From IMG/VR virus record IMGVR_UViG_3300027673_000001, positions 82,759-146,758 of that record: a DNA stretch of 64,000 bases; one strand, written 5' to 3'. Shown piece after piece: positions 8,963-18,192 of the stretch. Made by a program: the position numbers and the translations under genes. Source of the DNA: a virus. Lineage: Duplodnaviria; Heunggongvirae; Uroviricota; Caudoviricetes. The notes beneath the pieces are model-generated. The model worked only from the letters and a program-made list of their open reading frames with translations, ran no database searches and was not told where the DNA came from. Every line of letters starts with the position of its first letter. The stretch's first letter is position 1.

Positions 8963-9594
8963 TAAAGAATTCTCATTGCTCTATTGTAGATGTTGGTTCT
9001 GTCGTCTAGACCCTTGAACCCACCGTTCACTATTCTTGTTGTCCTTCTAACATCCCCAGCAAAGTCATTTAGCTTGTTGGAGTGCCAGAACCAACATGCA
9101 CTCATTATGGCATATTGTTTCTCGGAGAGCAACTCAGGAGTTTCCAAAAGGCGATCATCGCCAAAAAGGAAGTCGGAACAGGCCCTGTAGTTGTTCTTGC
9201 CCGTAACCTGAATGATGCCCCGACCTCTATACTTCCAACCTTCCTTGGAAGCCTCACCACCGTTGCCCATCCTGTTGGCATAGACTCTCGAGGCAATCCA
9301 TTCGGGTTGGCGGGCATACCTAAATGCCGTCTTGTCATCGGGGAAGTACTTGGGGAAGACTTTCCTTAGACCATCTTGGCTGTAGTTGAGGTTCTCAACA
9401 AGGACATTCAAGTGAGCAGACTCATGGCCACATTGAGCAAGGAAAGAAGCAATCCTCTCCTTGGTGTCGATATCATAGGAAGGCAGCACCATGGATAGCT
9501 CATAGGACCAAGGAGCTGGTTCCCTGATGTTAGGCAGGATGGCCTTTAGCTTATCAGTCTCTATCATATCAATACCCCAATCTGTCGCAGGCAA
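8962..9594 (-). CDS. endolysin, GH19 chitinase-like lysozyme
   Basis: GH19 signature CGHESAH and YRGRGIIQVTGKNNY. Confidence 0.7.
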   Translation of the reverse strand: MPATDWGIDMIETDKLKAILPNIREPAPWSYELSMVLPSYDIDTKERIASFLAQCGHESAHLNVLVENLNYSQDGLRKVFPKYFPDDKTAFRYARQPEWIASRVYANRMGNGGEASKEGWKYRGRGIIQVTGKNNYRACSDFLFGDDRLLETPELLSEKQYAIMSACWFWHSNKLNDFAGDVRRTTRIVNGGFKGLDDRTNIYNRAMRIL

Positions 9595-10420
9595 TGATGA
9601 AGGACTTCACAAGGGAACTCCTAACAATATCGTTGGGTGTGAACTCAACGTATTCATATTCCGTCATGCTGTTTAGAACATGGAGGAACTTCTCCAGACC
9701 AGACACATCGTGCTTGTTCTTCACAAGGTCGTTCTGCTTGAGGTCGCCCACAAAGATAATCTTGGATCTATGACCTGTGCGGGAGATAACAGAAGACAGT
9801 TCATGCCATGTCATGGACTGGCATTCGTCAACGATTATAATCGCGTCATCAATAGAAATACCACGAATGGCAGTAGTAGATATAAACCTGGCATAGCCTT
9901 GCTCCTTTAGACGATCCCATGCGTCGGCTCTTCCGAACAGGGTCTGACATATTTCCTTATAGGGTTGTTCATAGATTGCCATCTTCTCATCAAGGTCACC
10001 GGGCACAAAACCCTGGTCCCTAACCTGAACAGCAGAACGAACAATAACCACTTGCCTGAAGGAATTCTCACGATCCAGAACTTCCTCCAGGGCCTTGTAG
10101 ACAGAAAGAAAGGTCTTTCCAACTCCAGGGGAGCCAAAAAGACCTACACAATATGCGCCCTTCTTATACATATCAAAGAATTTTCTCTGATTGTCAGTAA
10201 GGGGCTCGAAACCCTTCAGGTGATCGAGCTTTATTTTAAGGGCATTGGAAACTCTATTTGTCTGTCCCTGAGTAGTAGAGCCTTCATCGGCTTCAAATAT
10301 TTCTTCTCGTCGGGACAGGGGGGTTTTCTTGGAAGCCATTAGGCGTTTCTCCTGAGTTTGACACAAGGTATATAGCCTAACGGATGTTGTCTCTAAGCTC
10401 CCTACCTCCTGGTGTTCCAT
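9569..10420 (-). CDS. phoH: PhoH-like ATPase
   Basis: Walker A GSPGVGKTF, Walker B IIVDECQ, overall PhoH layout; common T4-like accessory gene. Confidence 0.8.
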   Translation of the reverse strand: MEHQEVGSLETTSVRLYTLCQTQEKRLMASKKTPLSRREEIFEADEGSTTQGQTNRVSNALKIKLDHLKGFEPLTDNQRKFFDMYKKGAYCVGLFGSPGVGKTFLSVYKALEEVLDRENSFRQVVIVRSAVQVRDQGFVPGDLDEKMAIYEQPYKEICQTLFGRADAWDRLKEQGYARFISTTAIRGISIDDAIIIVDECQSMTWHELSSVISRTGHRSKIIFVGDLKQNDLVKNKHDVSGLEKFLHVLNSMTEYEYVEFTPNDIVRSSLVKSFIIACDRLGY

Positions 10421-10622
10421 CTGCTACCTTCTGTAGCACTTCCCTAAACCCATTGTCTATCTTAACTCGACCTAACCTTACTGGGTCACCAAATGAAGGC
10501 GAGTCCACTAGGGCTCTTTCTAGTTCTGGGTGTTGGGCCTTAAATTCGTCGAGCTCTGAGATCTTCATGACGTGCTCAACAAATTCCCCAGTCTCTTTGT
10601 TCTTAAATGTATAGGTTGGCAT
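10377..10622 (-). CDS. hypothetical protein
   Basis: 81-aa ORF. Confidence 0.4.
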   Translation of the reverse strand: MPTYTFKNKETGEFVEHVMKISELDEFKAQHPELERALVDSPSFGDPVRLGRVKIDNGFREVLQKVADGTPGGRELRDNIR

Positions 10623-11127
10623 AGGTTGTTCTGTAGTCTAGTCCCTTTAGGGCCCAGAAGATATCCTTTTTCATCTTCTCAAACTCCGATGCCTTATATA
10701 GCACACCTATACCCCCTGCCTGCCTAAAGTCCCTGATGATATCCTCTCGATCATCAATCAGGAGAGAAAGACTATGGGCAAAGTAATCTGCCTTGTGGGA
10801 GAACTTAGTCACGAAGTTCCGGGGATAAAATAACCCCCGGTCATGGAGCCAACGAGTTTTCTGTACCGAGCCAGCCTCAACCATATCTTTTTCAGATGAG
10901 CCTACCGAGGAAAGAATTTCGATTGGAATATCATGGCTCTCCAGGAAGAAAATAAGCTCTCGACCATTTTCCATGTAGTCAAGTTCCTCGAATATTTTCC
11001 TCTCCAAGACGGCATGTCGGAACTTTTTATAGTCCTTCTCGAACTTACCGTCTATATTGGTATAGGCCTTTTCAAAGTCGGCAATCACGCCGTCCATGTC
11101 AAGGTATATGACAGGTCGATTTCTCAT
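10603..11127 (-). CDS. HAD-family 5'(3')-deoxyribonucleotidase
   Basis: N-terminal DMDGV motif (IYLDMDGVIADF) of HAD phosphatases / deoxyribonucleotidase family. Confidence 0.6.
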   Translation of the reverse strand: MRNRPVIYLDMDGVIADFEKAYTNIDGKFEKDYKKFRHAVLERKIFEELDYMENGRELIFFLESHDIPIEILSSVGSSEKDMVEAGSVQKTRWLHDRGLFYPRNFVTKFSHKADYFAHSLSLLIDDREDIIRDFRQAGGIGVLYKASEFEKMKKDIFWALKGLDYRTTYANLYI

Positions 11128-11579
11128 CGTAGGTACTTCCTAAGTTCGGGCTTCCAGAATGTATCGGGCTTCATCACCTTACCATTCTCGTCCTTGAGCA
11201 TGACTCTATTGCCATCCTCATCCAATACGCTCTTGGATAGGTTACTGTCCATTACTTCATGACAGGCACCGGAGATATCCGCACCGAGGGCAATACCACC
11301 ACCGAGGGCAACGACAGCGAGATCAACATCGGCATCGAGGGCCTCTACTTGGTTTATATTCTCAACCAGGAAATCAAAGCGACCTTCCTTGAAGAGCTTG
11401 GAATGGTATTCAAGGGAAGTCTGGAGTTTGCCCAACTCCCCACCATGGGGTATGGATGAGATCTTCTCGGCCATTTCCTCGAGCTGGAGTCCGATGTAAA
11501 GAGCTACCTTGCGGGTATCAAAGCGTCCCCCGGTACCGGCAATCATGTTGAACTCAACGATTTTATCTACGAAAGTCAT
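11124..11579 (-). CDS. MazG-like nucleoside triphosphate pyrophosphohydrolase
   Basis: 151 aa all-alpha NTP-PPase pattern (LQLEEMAE ... EALDADVD). Confidence 0.5.
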   Translation of the reverse strand: MTFVDKIVEFNMIAGTGGRFDTRKVALYIGLQLEEMAEKISSIPHGGELGKLQTSLEYHSKLFKEGRFDFLVENINQVEALDADVDLAVVALGGGIALGADISGACHEVMDSNLSKSVLDEDGNRVMLKDENGKVMKPDTFWKPELRKYLR

Positions 11580-12880
11580 TCCTTTATTCCTTTTTCTGGT
11601 ATGTTGGCTAGAGTGTCTGCCTTGGTTTTGTCGAGCCTCACGCTCATGTATCTCGGCAGGAAGAGACTGTGCTTGGACCCTTCGGTCTTGGGTTTTATCC
11701 TCTCATTGTATGCGGTCTCAATAATTCTGTCAAGCCAGTACTCCTGAGGTTGAGCCCGGTCAAGGTCCGAGAAGCCAGTGCCTACGGATACAGACAGCTC
11801 ACCATCGGCTGATTCAAGGAGCAGGGCACCCATCTTGCCGACATATTTTCCAGTCCCCTCAACAATTCCAACGCATCGGAGGTCACAGGTCAGGAGACCC
11901 TTGAATTTAATCTGATCCTTGGATCTTTTATTTTCCCACACCGAGGAATAATTCTTGAGGATAGTTCCTTCGAATCCCTCGGACAATAATTCCCGGAAGT
12001 GGGCAACGGCTTCCTTCTCGGAATTAACGATCCGGGTATTTACCAGGGAAATATTATGGCGGAAGAATAGCGAGAGATCAGCCAATCGGGAGAGACGATC
12101 CCTATAGGGAGAATTATAGGTCTCGGCCCTATCGAAGTTCTCAAGGGGAATACGGTCAAAGGCAACGAAGTGCAGACCCCCTGCCTCCTGGGGAGAGATA
12201 GTGCCCTTAATGGCCTTGTTGACAATGCCATTCCCGGTCTTCCTATCGACGACCTTCCCGAATGTATCCTTGTAGAGGAGCTCACCATCAAGGACAAAAT
12301 CTGAGCCGAGAGCCCCGAGATAATCAAAAGACCCATGAACCTCGACTGGTCGCCCCGAGGAGGAAAAACACTCAACAACACCATCACAAACACGGATAGC
12401 AAGGCGAGCACCATCCAGCTTAACCTGACTGTAGGCAGGATAAACGATACGGAGCGAGGACTTGGCATCAAAAGCCGTTGCCTTCATCACGGGAAAATCC
12501 GGAATAAGACCAGGCCATACAACGGAGGCAGCACCCTCGGAAGCCCCGATCCGAAGATCCTTAAGGATGATACGATTCAGGACAATGGCATCTTCCTGGG
12601 ATAGCCCGGTGAGCATATCCACAAGGGCATCAATGGCGGCATTGCCCGTGAGTTCCCGACGACGAAAACGATCCAACAACCCAAAGGCATCGGAAAGAGA
12701 ATACTTTATGGAGTCATGGGAATAGTCTGGTATCTTCTTAATGCCATATGTGTAGTAGGGATTGAGGGCATAGAGAAAGACCTTCTTCAATTCATCATTA
12801 CTTTGATGAGAAGAAAGGATGCGAATCTTCTCATTCCGAGAAGAAACTGAGGAGACGGAATCGAGTATGGATAGAATCAT
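11576..12880 (-). CDS. 30: ATP-dependent DNA ligase (T4 gp30-like)
   Basis: Motif I KLDGAR (KxDG) and ligase-sized 434-aa ORF. Confidence 0.75.
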   Translation of the reverse strand: MILSILDSVSSVSSRNEKIRILSSHQSNDELKKVFLYALNPYYTYGIKKIPDYSHDSIKYSLSDAFGLLDRFRRRELTGNAAIDALVDMLTGLSQEDAIVLNRIILKDLRIGASEGAASVVWPGLIPDFPVMKATAFDAKSSLRIVYPAYSQVKLDGARLAIRVCDGVVECFSSSGRPVEVHGSFDYLGALGSDFVLDGELLYKDTFGKVVDRKTGNGIVNKAIKGTISPQEAGGLHFVAFDRIPLENFDRAETYNSPYRDRLSRLADLSLFFRHNISLVNTRIVNSEKEAVAHFRELLSEGFEGTILKNYSSVWENKRSKDQIKFKGLLTCDLRCVGIVEGTGKYVGKMGALLLESADGELSVSVGTGFSDLDRAQPQEYWLDRIIETAYNERIKPKTEGSKHSLFLPRYMSVRLDKTKADTLANIPEKGIKE

Positions 12881-13134
12881 GATTTACCTTGTTCAAATTC
12901 CCGGAGCATTATGTTGTAGGCAACGGGATCAAGTTTCTTAAGAATGTCCGAGGGAGAGAACGTAATGCCAGCTATAACGACAGAGGGATAGCTCTCGTCG
13001 ATACTGTAGTCAAGGAGCTCGGCAACGGAACCGAAATCACTCTCTGGCCACCCGCTCTCTTCGATCTCTTCGACATCTTTGATATCTTCGACATTACCTA
13101 ATTCAAGATCCTGTAGAGAAATATTCTTGCTCAT
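12877..13134 (-). CDS. hypothetical acidic protein
   Basis: Internal ATG (13134) of track ORF 12877..13506 used; upstream part of that track ORF is low-complexity read-through overlapping a membrane ORF in another frame. Confidence 0.4.
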   Translation of the reverse strand: MSKNISLQDLELGNVEDIKDVEEIEESGWPESDFGSVAELLDYSIDESYPSVVIAGITFSPSDILKKLDPVAYNIMLREFEQGKS

Positions 13135-13223
13135 TATGTACTCAAATCGAAGGAAAATTGCGGAGGAAATTCCGTATAAGACGGTTGACGAATGATGTGC
13201 GGAAACAGTATGTATGGCGATGT

Positions 13224-13445
13224 TTATGAGCGAGCAGCAGTGACCGCACCGCCGATGATACCACCGATCCATGTAAAGGTAGCGCCTATGGTGAACGCGG
13301 ATGCTGAAGTGCCTAGCGCATCGTTCAAGAAGGCGAACATCGATGGGTAGAGTAGGTTCAGTAGCATTGCGATGCCTCCGCCTAGAGCAGGCGCAATGAG
13401 TATAGCGAGGAGGATACCTAGAATGATTCCGAGAGCCTTGGACAT
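13224..13445 (-). CDS. small membrane protein
   Basis: 73 aa, two TM helices; AGGAA RBS and TTGACG-N17-TAAAAT promoter upstream. Confidence 0.45.
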   Translation of the reverse strand: MSKALGIILGILLAILIAPALGGGIAMLLNLLYPSMFAFLNDALGTSASAFTIGATFTWIGGIIGGAVTAARS

Positions 13446-13477
13446 GATTGATTCCTAATAGAGAGAATGGATACTGT

Positions 13478-13506
13478 ATTTTACGATGGAAGTTTGTTGT
13501 CGTCAA
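13478..13506 (-). promoter_or_regulatory. sigma70-like early promoter
   Basis: Reverse strand TTGACG-N17-TAAAAT upstream of 13445 start. Confidence 0.5.
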
Positions 13507-13831
13507 CCAGGAACCATCCTAGAACTTGAACTTCGTCGGTTTCGAGGTAGACGAACTCTTCTGAGGAGAACCGAGAAGCGCACTCGATGGCGAGGATCTT
13601 CTGGTACTCTGCACCGGCGTAGATCTCATAGTAGCGCAGCTCATCTTGCATCTCACTCTCTACGAATGCCTCGGCTTCTGCTCTAGTGCGGGGACGGAGT
13701 AGACCGAAGAACCGAGGCTTCATGCAGCTCTCGATCAACTGTTCAGTCTTATCGTGTATGCGTGCTGCTCGGAATTCACGGTACTTGAAGCAGGCATCCA
13801 GTACTCTTTGTTTCTCGAACTTAACTTGCAT
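13481..13831 (-). CDS. hypothetical protein
   Basis: Start at MQVKFEK (13831) with GGAGG RBS. Confidence 0.4.
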   Translation of the reverse strand: MQVKFEKQRVLDACFKYREFRAARIHDKTEQLIESCMKPRFFGLLRPRTRAEAEAFVESEMQDELRYYEIYAGAEYQKILAIECASRFSSEEFVYLETDEVQVLGWFLVDDNKLPS

Positions 13832-14213
13832 GGGGAACCTCCAGATTGTGGGTCTTTGCGATTCTCTCCATACGGCTGAGCCATTGACCAATGTCCTCAA
13901 CGAGGTCATCATCATGAGCGTCCTGGAGTTGTATGAGGAATTGGCTCATTTCTTCCCAATCAGTACCAACAACCTTCTCCAGTATCTCCCTGAGCTTGTA
14001 TTCACGTGAGCCCTCAGTTTCGCCATTAGTTATGACTCCCCGAACAGTAACACCTTCGATCATTGGGTTGTAGAGTTCATCTGGTATGAGGCAACCGATG
14101 GCGCATGACTGTTTGTATTCATTCCTATACCTACATTCGCCATGGGCATAGGCAGGACCACCTTGGGTCATGATGTGGGCATGGACTTTGTTGAAAACTT
14201 CTTGCTTGTTCAT
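13821..14213 (-). CDS. hypothetical Cys-rich protein
   Basis: Start at MNKQEVF (14213); several Cys/His. Confidence 0.4.
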   Translation of the reverse strand: MNKQEVFNKVHAHIMTQGGPAYAHGECRYRNEYKQSCAIGCLIPDELYNPMIEGVTVRGVITNGETEGSREYKLREILEKVVGTDWEEMSQFLIQLQDAHDDDLVEDIGQWLSRMERIAKTHNLEVPHAS

Positions 14214-14223
14214 TTGTTTGCTC

Positions 14224-14526
14224 TCACTTGATGATGAACTGCACGACAGAGCAGTCCTTGTTATAGACACCGGATGCCCAGTCATAGGACCCTTCGTGCT
14301 CCTGCCGCCCCATCAGTACTGCGTAATCACTCTTCAGCAGGACAATCGAAGCGACGTCATCTGCCACTTCGATGGGAGAGGAGACCTGTATCCACCACAC
14401 ACCCTTCTCATCCTTGCTGAAGTCATCGAGCTCCGCATGGGGAATGTTCTTTGTGAGCTTCTCAACAGCCTTCCGAATCTTGGCTACTTCCTTCTCTTCC
14501 CGCTTCGCTACATTGACCATTGCCAT
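14224..14526 (-). CDS. hypothetical early protein
   Basis: 100 aa; consensus early promoter + AGGAG RBS upstream. Confidence 0.45.
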   Translation of the reverse strand: MAMVNVAKREEKEVAKIRKAVEKLTKNIPHAELDDFSKDEKGVWWIQVSSPIEVADDVASIVLLKSDYAVLMGRQEHEGSYDWASGVYNKDCSVVQFIIK

Positions 14527-14548
14527 CTTCTTCTCCTAGTATGCTACT

Positions 14549-14577
14549 ATTATAGCACAGAGGGGATTAAAATTCAA
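14549..14577 (-). promoter_or_regulatory. consensus early promoter TTGAAT-N17-TATAAT
   Basis: Reverse strand TTGAATTTTAATCCCCTCTGTGCTATAAT, then AGGAG RBS and ATG at 14526. Confidence 0.65.
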
Positions 14578-15017
14578 GCCAGCCTCTCGTTGATCTCACT
14601 GTAGAACTTCATGTACTTGGCAATCCGAGCTACGTCCTTTTCAGTGACTCCCTTCAGGCGACGGATATCGCTATTGTGTCTCAGGTCGCATCGTTTGACC
14701 TTCATGGCATCTTCGTTGGCAAACACGCCTTCTTTGTACTCTTCGTAGGTCTGTCCGGGTTGTTTGGTCAGAGCACGGATACCAGCGATCACCCTCTCAG
14801 AGATCCCGAGAGCCCTGAGGTCGGCGTAAGTTACGGAGGTGTCCTCTATAACATCGTGGCCAAGAGCGATACACTGCAACTCCTCGTCTGCTTCCTTGAG
14901 AAAGCTCATCACGCGAAGGGGATGTAGGATGTAGGGGTTGCCGCCTTTGTCAAACTGCCCAGCATGGGCATTGGTGCAAAGTACCAACATCTTGTCCAGC
15001 ATCTCACCTTTTCTCAT
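14574..15017 (-). CDS. HD-domain hydrolase, small alarmone (p)ppGpp hydrolase-like (SpoT/Mesh1 hydrolase domain)
   Basis: H..HPLRV ... LGHDVIEDT matches the RelA/SpoT HD hydrolase signature. Confidence 0.55.
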   Translation of the reverse strand: MRKGEMLDKMLVLCTNAHAGQFDKGGNPYILHPLRVMSFLKEADEELQCIALGHDVIEDTSVTYADLRALGISERVIAGIRALTKQPGQTYEEYKEGVFANEDAMKVKRCDLRHNSDIRRLKGVTEKDVARIAKYMKFYSEINERLA

Positions 15018-15039
15018 CTTCTTCTCCTAGTATGCTACT

Positions 15040-15068
15040 ATTATAGCACAGAGGTGGTTAAAATTCAA
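15040..15068 (-). promoter_or_regulatory. consensus early promoter TTGAAT-N17-TATAAT
   Basis: Same element as at 14549; precedes the HD hydrolase gene. Confidence 0.65.
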
Positions 15069-15070
15069 AC

Positions 15071-15316
15071 TCAGAAGAACACCTTCTGGGTCTTAATGTG
15101 GTCAATGTTCTCGATGTTTAGATAGAACAGTTCATTGCCTAGGGACTTGTCCAGCCCTTCTGCTTTGTAGCTATACATCACCCCTTTGTTCTTCTCTATG
15201 ATGAAGTCATCACACTTGAAGGAGAATCGATGACCGGACTTCAGTGTGATAGTGACCTTGATTCGTTTCCCGAAAACCATCTTCAACTCCTTCTCTGTAT
15301 GTCTACAGTATAACAC
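15071..15316 (-). CDS. hypothetical protein
   Basis: 81-aa ORF. Confidence 0.4.
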   Translation of the reverse strand: MLYCRHTEKELKMVFGKRIKVTITLKSGHRFSFKCDDFIIEKNKGVMYSYKAEGLDKSLGNELFYLNIENIDHIKTQKVFF

Positions 15317-15331
15317 GGAGTTGAATAAAAT

Positions 15332-15832
15332 TCAACCCACCAGGGTAAATTTCTTTACAGTAACCTGGACCTTTCGCGTAGCAACATCATAGATCTTGAA
15401 CGTGTTCAGGTCCACTACCTTCAGATCCTCATCGCCATCGATGCAACCATCCTGCTTGGCGATGTTGATTGCATTGGCAATGGCCTCATCATTGGTCTCG
15501 TCGCTGTGGGCATAGAAGGTATCGGCATAATCATGCTCCTTGCAGACCAGCAGGAACTTTTCCAGCTTCGGCTCAACGGACTTCTGCTCTACGATCTTCT
15601 TGGTAGGGGTCTTGGAGGTCTGGAGCATCTCCAAGATCTGTTCCCACTTCAGTACTCGAGCTCGACCAGTATCGTCCTTGAGAGCGACCCGGCACTCAGG
15701 CCAAGTGGGACGAGTTTGCCAGCTCAGAGCATGACCCATGAAGCGGGGTTGCTTACTGATGATACGTCGATTGTCCACGTCCACAACGTACTTGGACAGT
15801 TTTGCGGAGGGTTTGAAACAGATGTAATTCAT
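15332..15832 (-). CDS. hypothetical protein
   Basis: 166-aa ORF. Confidence 0.4.
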   Translation of the reverse strand: MNYICFKPSAKLSKYVVDVDNRRIISKQPRFMGHALSWQTRPTWPECRVALKDDTGRARVLKWEQILEMLQTSKTPTKKIVEQKSVEPKLEKFLLVCKEHDYADTFYAHSDETNDEAIANAINIAKQDGCIDGDEDLKVVDLNTFKIYDVATRKVQVTVKKFTLVG

Positions 15833-15855
15833 GATGTGTAAGGTCTTTCAGTTGT

Positions 15856-16164
15856 TTAGAGAGTTTTCCAGCCAGAGGGCATACAGAGGTAGTCCACTCC
15901 GTCCACGTTGATGATATCCCCGACAGATACGCTTCGGGCATCACCATAGAGCTCTGCTCGTTCATCTTCCCGGGAAGGGTTGTTGGTGAGGTCAAACACT
16001 TCCTCTGCTACGGCTTCCCCTTCCTTGCCCTGGATAGACATGGAGCCATAATTTAGGTACTTGCCTTCCTTGATTGCCTTCTTCGCTACGTCTGCTGCGT
16101 TCTTCGAGAAGTAAAACTCAGAGAAGTACTCAGGGGCGACCAGTTTGATAGTTGCTACTGCCAT
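15856..16164 (-). CDS. hypothetical protein
   Basis: 102-aa ORF. Confidence 0.4.
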   Translation of the reverse strand: MAVATIKLVAPEYFSEFYFSKNAADVAKKAIKEGKYLNYGSMSIQGKEGEAVAEEVFDLTNNPSREDERAELYGDARSVSVGDIINVDGVDYLCMPSGWKTL

Positions 16165-16168
16165 GGGG

Positions 16169-16363
16169 TTACTCGTATTGGTCGATTGCGATGATGACTC
16201 GGTCAGTTCCTATGTTATCAAATTTAGCATCCGGGAGCCTCCCGATGAACACTCCAAGGACCTCTTCATAGTAGTTCCCATTGCCTTCGTCGTTGATGTG
16301 AACTTCGAGGTCCTTGGGGAATGCTTCGAGCTTCTTAATGAGGTCGCCTACGGTCAGTTTCAT
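16169..16363 (-). CDS. hypothetical protein
   Basis: 64-aa ORF. Confidence 0.35.
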   Translation of the reverse strand: MKLTVGDLIKKLEAFPKDLEVHINDEGNGNYYEEVLGVFIGRLPDAKFDNIGTDRVIIAIDQYE

Positions 16364-16417
16364 CTCTTGTTTCCTTGTTTCGCTATGTCTCTATTATAAG
16401 GCAGAGTTGAATAAAAT

Positions 16418-16615
16418 TCAAGGCGTGAACTTAATCGTTATGAACCCAAACATCAGGGAAAACAGGATGGCTACCAAAACCGTCCAAACCACTACTTGCA
16501 CAGCCCCAGTGGGTTGGTCATTGATTGGGCTTAGACAGAGAACACCCAGGAGTCCTGCACCAAACAGAAAGAATACAACCTTCAGAAGAAACGTTGCGCT
16601 CAGTACCAGTTCCAT
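16418..16615 (-). CDS. small membrane protein
   Basis: Start at MELVLS (16615) with AAGGAG RBS downstream of promoter 16640..16668. Confidence 0.4.
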   Translation of the reverse strand: MELVLSATFLLKVVFFLFGAGLLGVLCLSPINDQPTGAVQVVVWTVLVAILFSLMFGFITIKFTP

Positions 16616-16639
16616 CTTCAACTCCTTTACTATGTCTCT

Positions 16640-16668
16640 ATTATAGCACAAAGTTGAATAAAATTCAA
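16640..16668 (-). promoter_or_regulatory. consensus early promoter TTGAAT-N17-TATAAT
   Basis: ctattatagcacaaagttgaataaaattcaag on + strand = TTGAAT-N17-TATAAT on - strand. Confidence 0.6.
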
Positions 16669-16829
16669 GCCTTTCCGTGGTGGCGCTTGTTCTCACGGAT
16701 TGCATTCTTGACAGTCAAGTTGGTCTCGTATGCCGCGCGGCGCATCTCCTGGAAGAACACCATGGCCCACAGTAACGGGATAAGGAAGAGATTCAGGACA
16801 TAGGAGATGTTGTTCTTGACTTTGTTCAT
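16665..16829 (-). CDS. small membrane protein
   Basis: Start at MNKVKNN (16829) with AAGAGG RBS. Confidence 0.4.
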   Translation of the reverse strand: MNKVKNNISYVLNLFLIPLLWAMVFFQEMRRAAYETNLTVKNAIRENKRHHGKA

Positions 16830-16993
16830 TTCGTGTACCTCTTGTTTCGCTATGTCTCTATTATAAGGCAGAGTTGAATAAAATTCAAGAATTATCAATG
16901 GTGAGAGTACTGGTAGCTCCCCAGCTGGTGCCGCTCTTAAAAGACCTATACACTTGGTCCTGGACGTATGGCTCCATGGGACCGTCCACTGTA

Positions 16994-17215
16994 TCATTCA
17001 ATCCCGAAGTGAGTCATAAGATCTTCACCGTCTGCCCAGTCAGTAGCGCCGCTCCAGCTGGTTTCCAGACGAGAATCGATGAAGCTGGCACACTCCCGCA
17101 CGATCAACTCGGCGAACTTTTTAGTGTAAGCTTCATGGAACTCACCGCCTTGATCCACAATGTCATCGGCGTAGTCCTCAGCCTCAGAGGCCAGTGTTTG
17201 AATTCGTTCGTTCAT
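16994..17215 (-). CDS. small early protein, member of KFAELIVxEC paralogue family
   Basis: Shares MNERI..KFAELIVRECASF..HFG with 17212..17487 and 22793..23020. Confidence 0.45.
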   Translation of the reverse strand: MNERIQTLASEAEDYADDIVDQGGEFHEAYTKKFAELIVRECASFIDSRLETSWSGATDWADGEDLMTHFGIE

Positions 17216-17487
17216 TGTTTAACTCCGAAATGTGATTTGATCAGAGAACCAGCATCTTCTAACGCTTCTGCTTTTGCCTTCATACGTTCGTAGTATTCAA
17301 GAGATTCATATTTCCCGGGATTTGAGTAATATTCTTTCTCGCCATTCAACAGAGCCAAGCATTCCTTGACAATCAACTCAGCGAACTTTTCTTTATCAAA
17401 GATTTTTGAAGTCGCGTCCCAATCACGTTCGTGAGGAACTTCGACGTATGATTGTTCGGCGAGTTCCTTGATTCGTTCGTTCATCAT
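17212..17487 (-). CDS. small early protein, member of KFAELIVxEC paralogue family
   Basis: MMNERIKELAE..KFAELIVKEC..HFGV. Confidence 0.45.
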   Translation of the reverse strand: MMNERIKELAEQSYVEVPHERDWDATSKIFDKEKFAELIVKECLALLNGEKEYYSNPGKYESLEYYERMKAKAEALEDAGSLIKSHFGVKQ

Positions 17488-17499
17488 TTTGACCTCTTT

Positions 17500-17706
17500 T
17501 CAGGAGTTGAAGTAGACCACAAAGTGTGTTGCGTCTTCCTTGAGACAATCCGCTGCGCCATGGCGTACTTGGTAGGGAGTGCGAAGGAATCGAGGTCCCC
17601 GGAAGAACACCCTAACTCCCCGGTTGGCTTTTCGCCATTCCTCATACTTTTCCATGGGAATGTAACGGTGGTTCTTGGTCTGCTTGTTCATCTCAGAACG
17701 CCTCAC
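17500..17706 (-). CDS. hypothetical protein
   Basis: 68-aa ORF. Confidence 0.35.
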   Translation of the reverse strand: MRRSEMNKQTKNHRYIPMEKYEEWRKANRGVRVFFRGPRFLRTPYQVRHGAADCLKEDATHFVVYFNS

Positions 17707-17926
17707 ACATATTGGGAAAACGACCCGTCTCCTCGAGCTTCTTCAGGGCTCGGGCACCACCAGCCTCCGCTTCTTCCTTGGTGGCGAACACCGGAGCAGA
17801 GGCACAGGAACTACCAAGATAGGTCTCTCCTCGGGCAGTCACGAAGTTGTCAAAGCTCACGGACCACTTCCCGCTCTTGCTCTGCTCTACACCGGACATC
17901 ACTGTTTGATACGTTGCCATCTTCAA
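17693..17926 (-). CDS. hypothetical protein
   Basis: 77-aa ORF followed upstream by consensus promoter. Confidence 0.4.
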   Translation of the reverse strand: MKMATYQTVMSGVEQSKSGKWSVSFDNFVTARGETYLGSSCASAPVFATKEEAEAGGARALKKLEETGRFPNMCEAF

Positions 17927-17972
17927 CTCCTAGTATACCTACAGTATAGCAGAATCTTGAATAAAATTCAAC

Positions 17973-18191
17973 TCACTCACCCCTGATCATAACAAGCGTT
18001 TTCCCTGCCATGTTGGGATACTTCTTCCGATCTTCCTCGGAAGTATAGTCATAAACATCACAGTTCTGGATGCTCACCGGAACATAGCCCATGTAGGTAC
18101 TATATCCAGAGGTGAACTCAACGCCACACTCAACTTCGGCATCCTGGGGGAGGGTCTGCATCCACTTGATCATGTCTGCTACTGTCGTCAT
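17973..18191 (-). CDS. hypothetical protein
   Basis: 72-aa ORF. Confidence 0.35.
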   Translation of the reverse strand: MTTVADMIKWMQTLPQDAEVECGVEFTSGYSTYMGYVPVSIQNCDVYDYTSEEDRKKYPNMAGKTLVMIRGE

Positions 18192-18192
18192 C

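Noticed and set aside
12040-12471. 143-aa - strand ORF inside the DNA ligase gene (other frame), with + strand ORFs 12335-12604 and 12462-12725
   Set aside because: Fully embedded in the ligase coding region, which carries the KxDG motif. No independent signals.
12877-13506. Full-length 209-aa track ORF
   Set aside because: The N-terminal 124 codons are His/Arg/Cys-rich low-complexity read-through. They overlap a convincing 73-aa membrane-protein ORF and its promoter in another frame, so they were truncated to the internal start at 13134.
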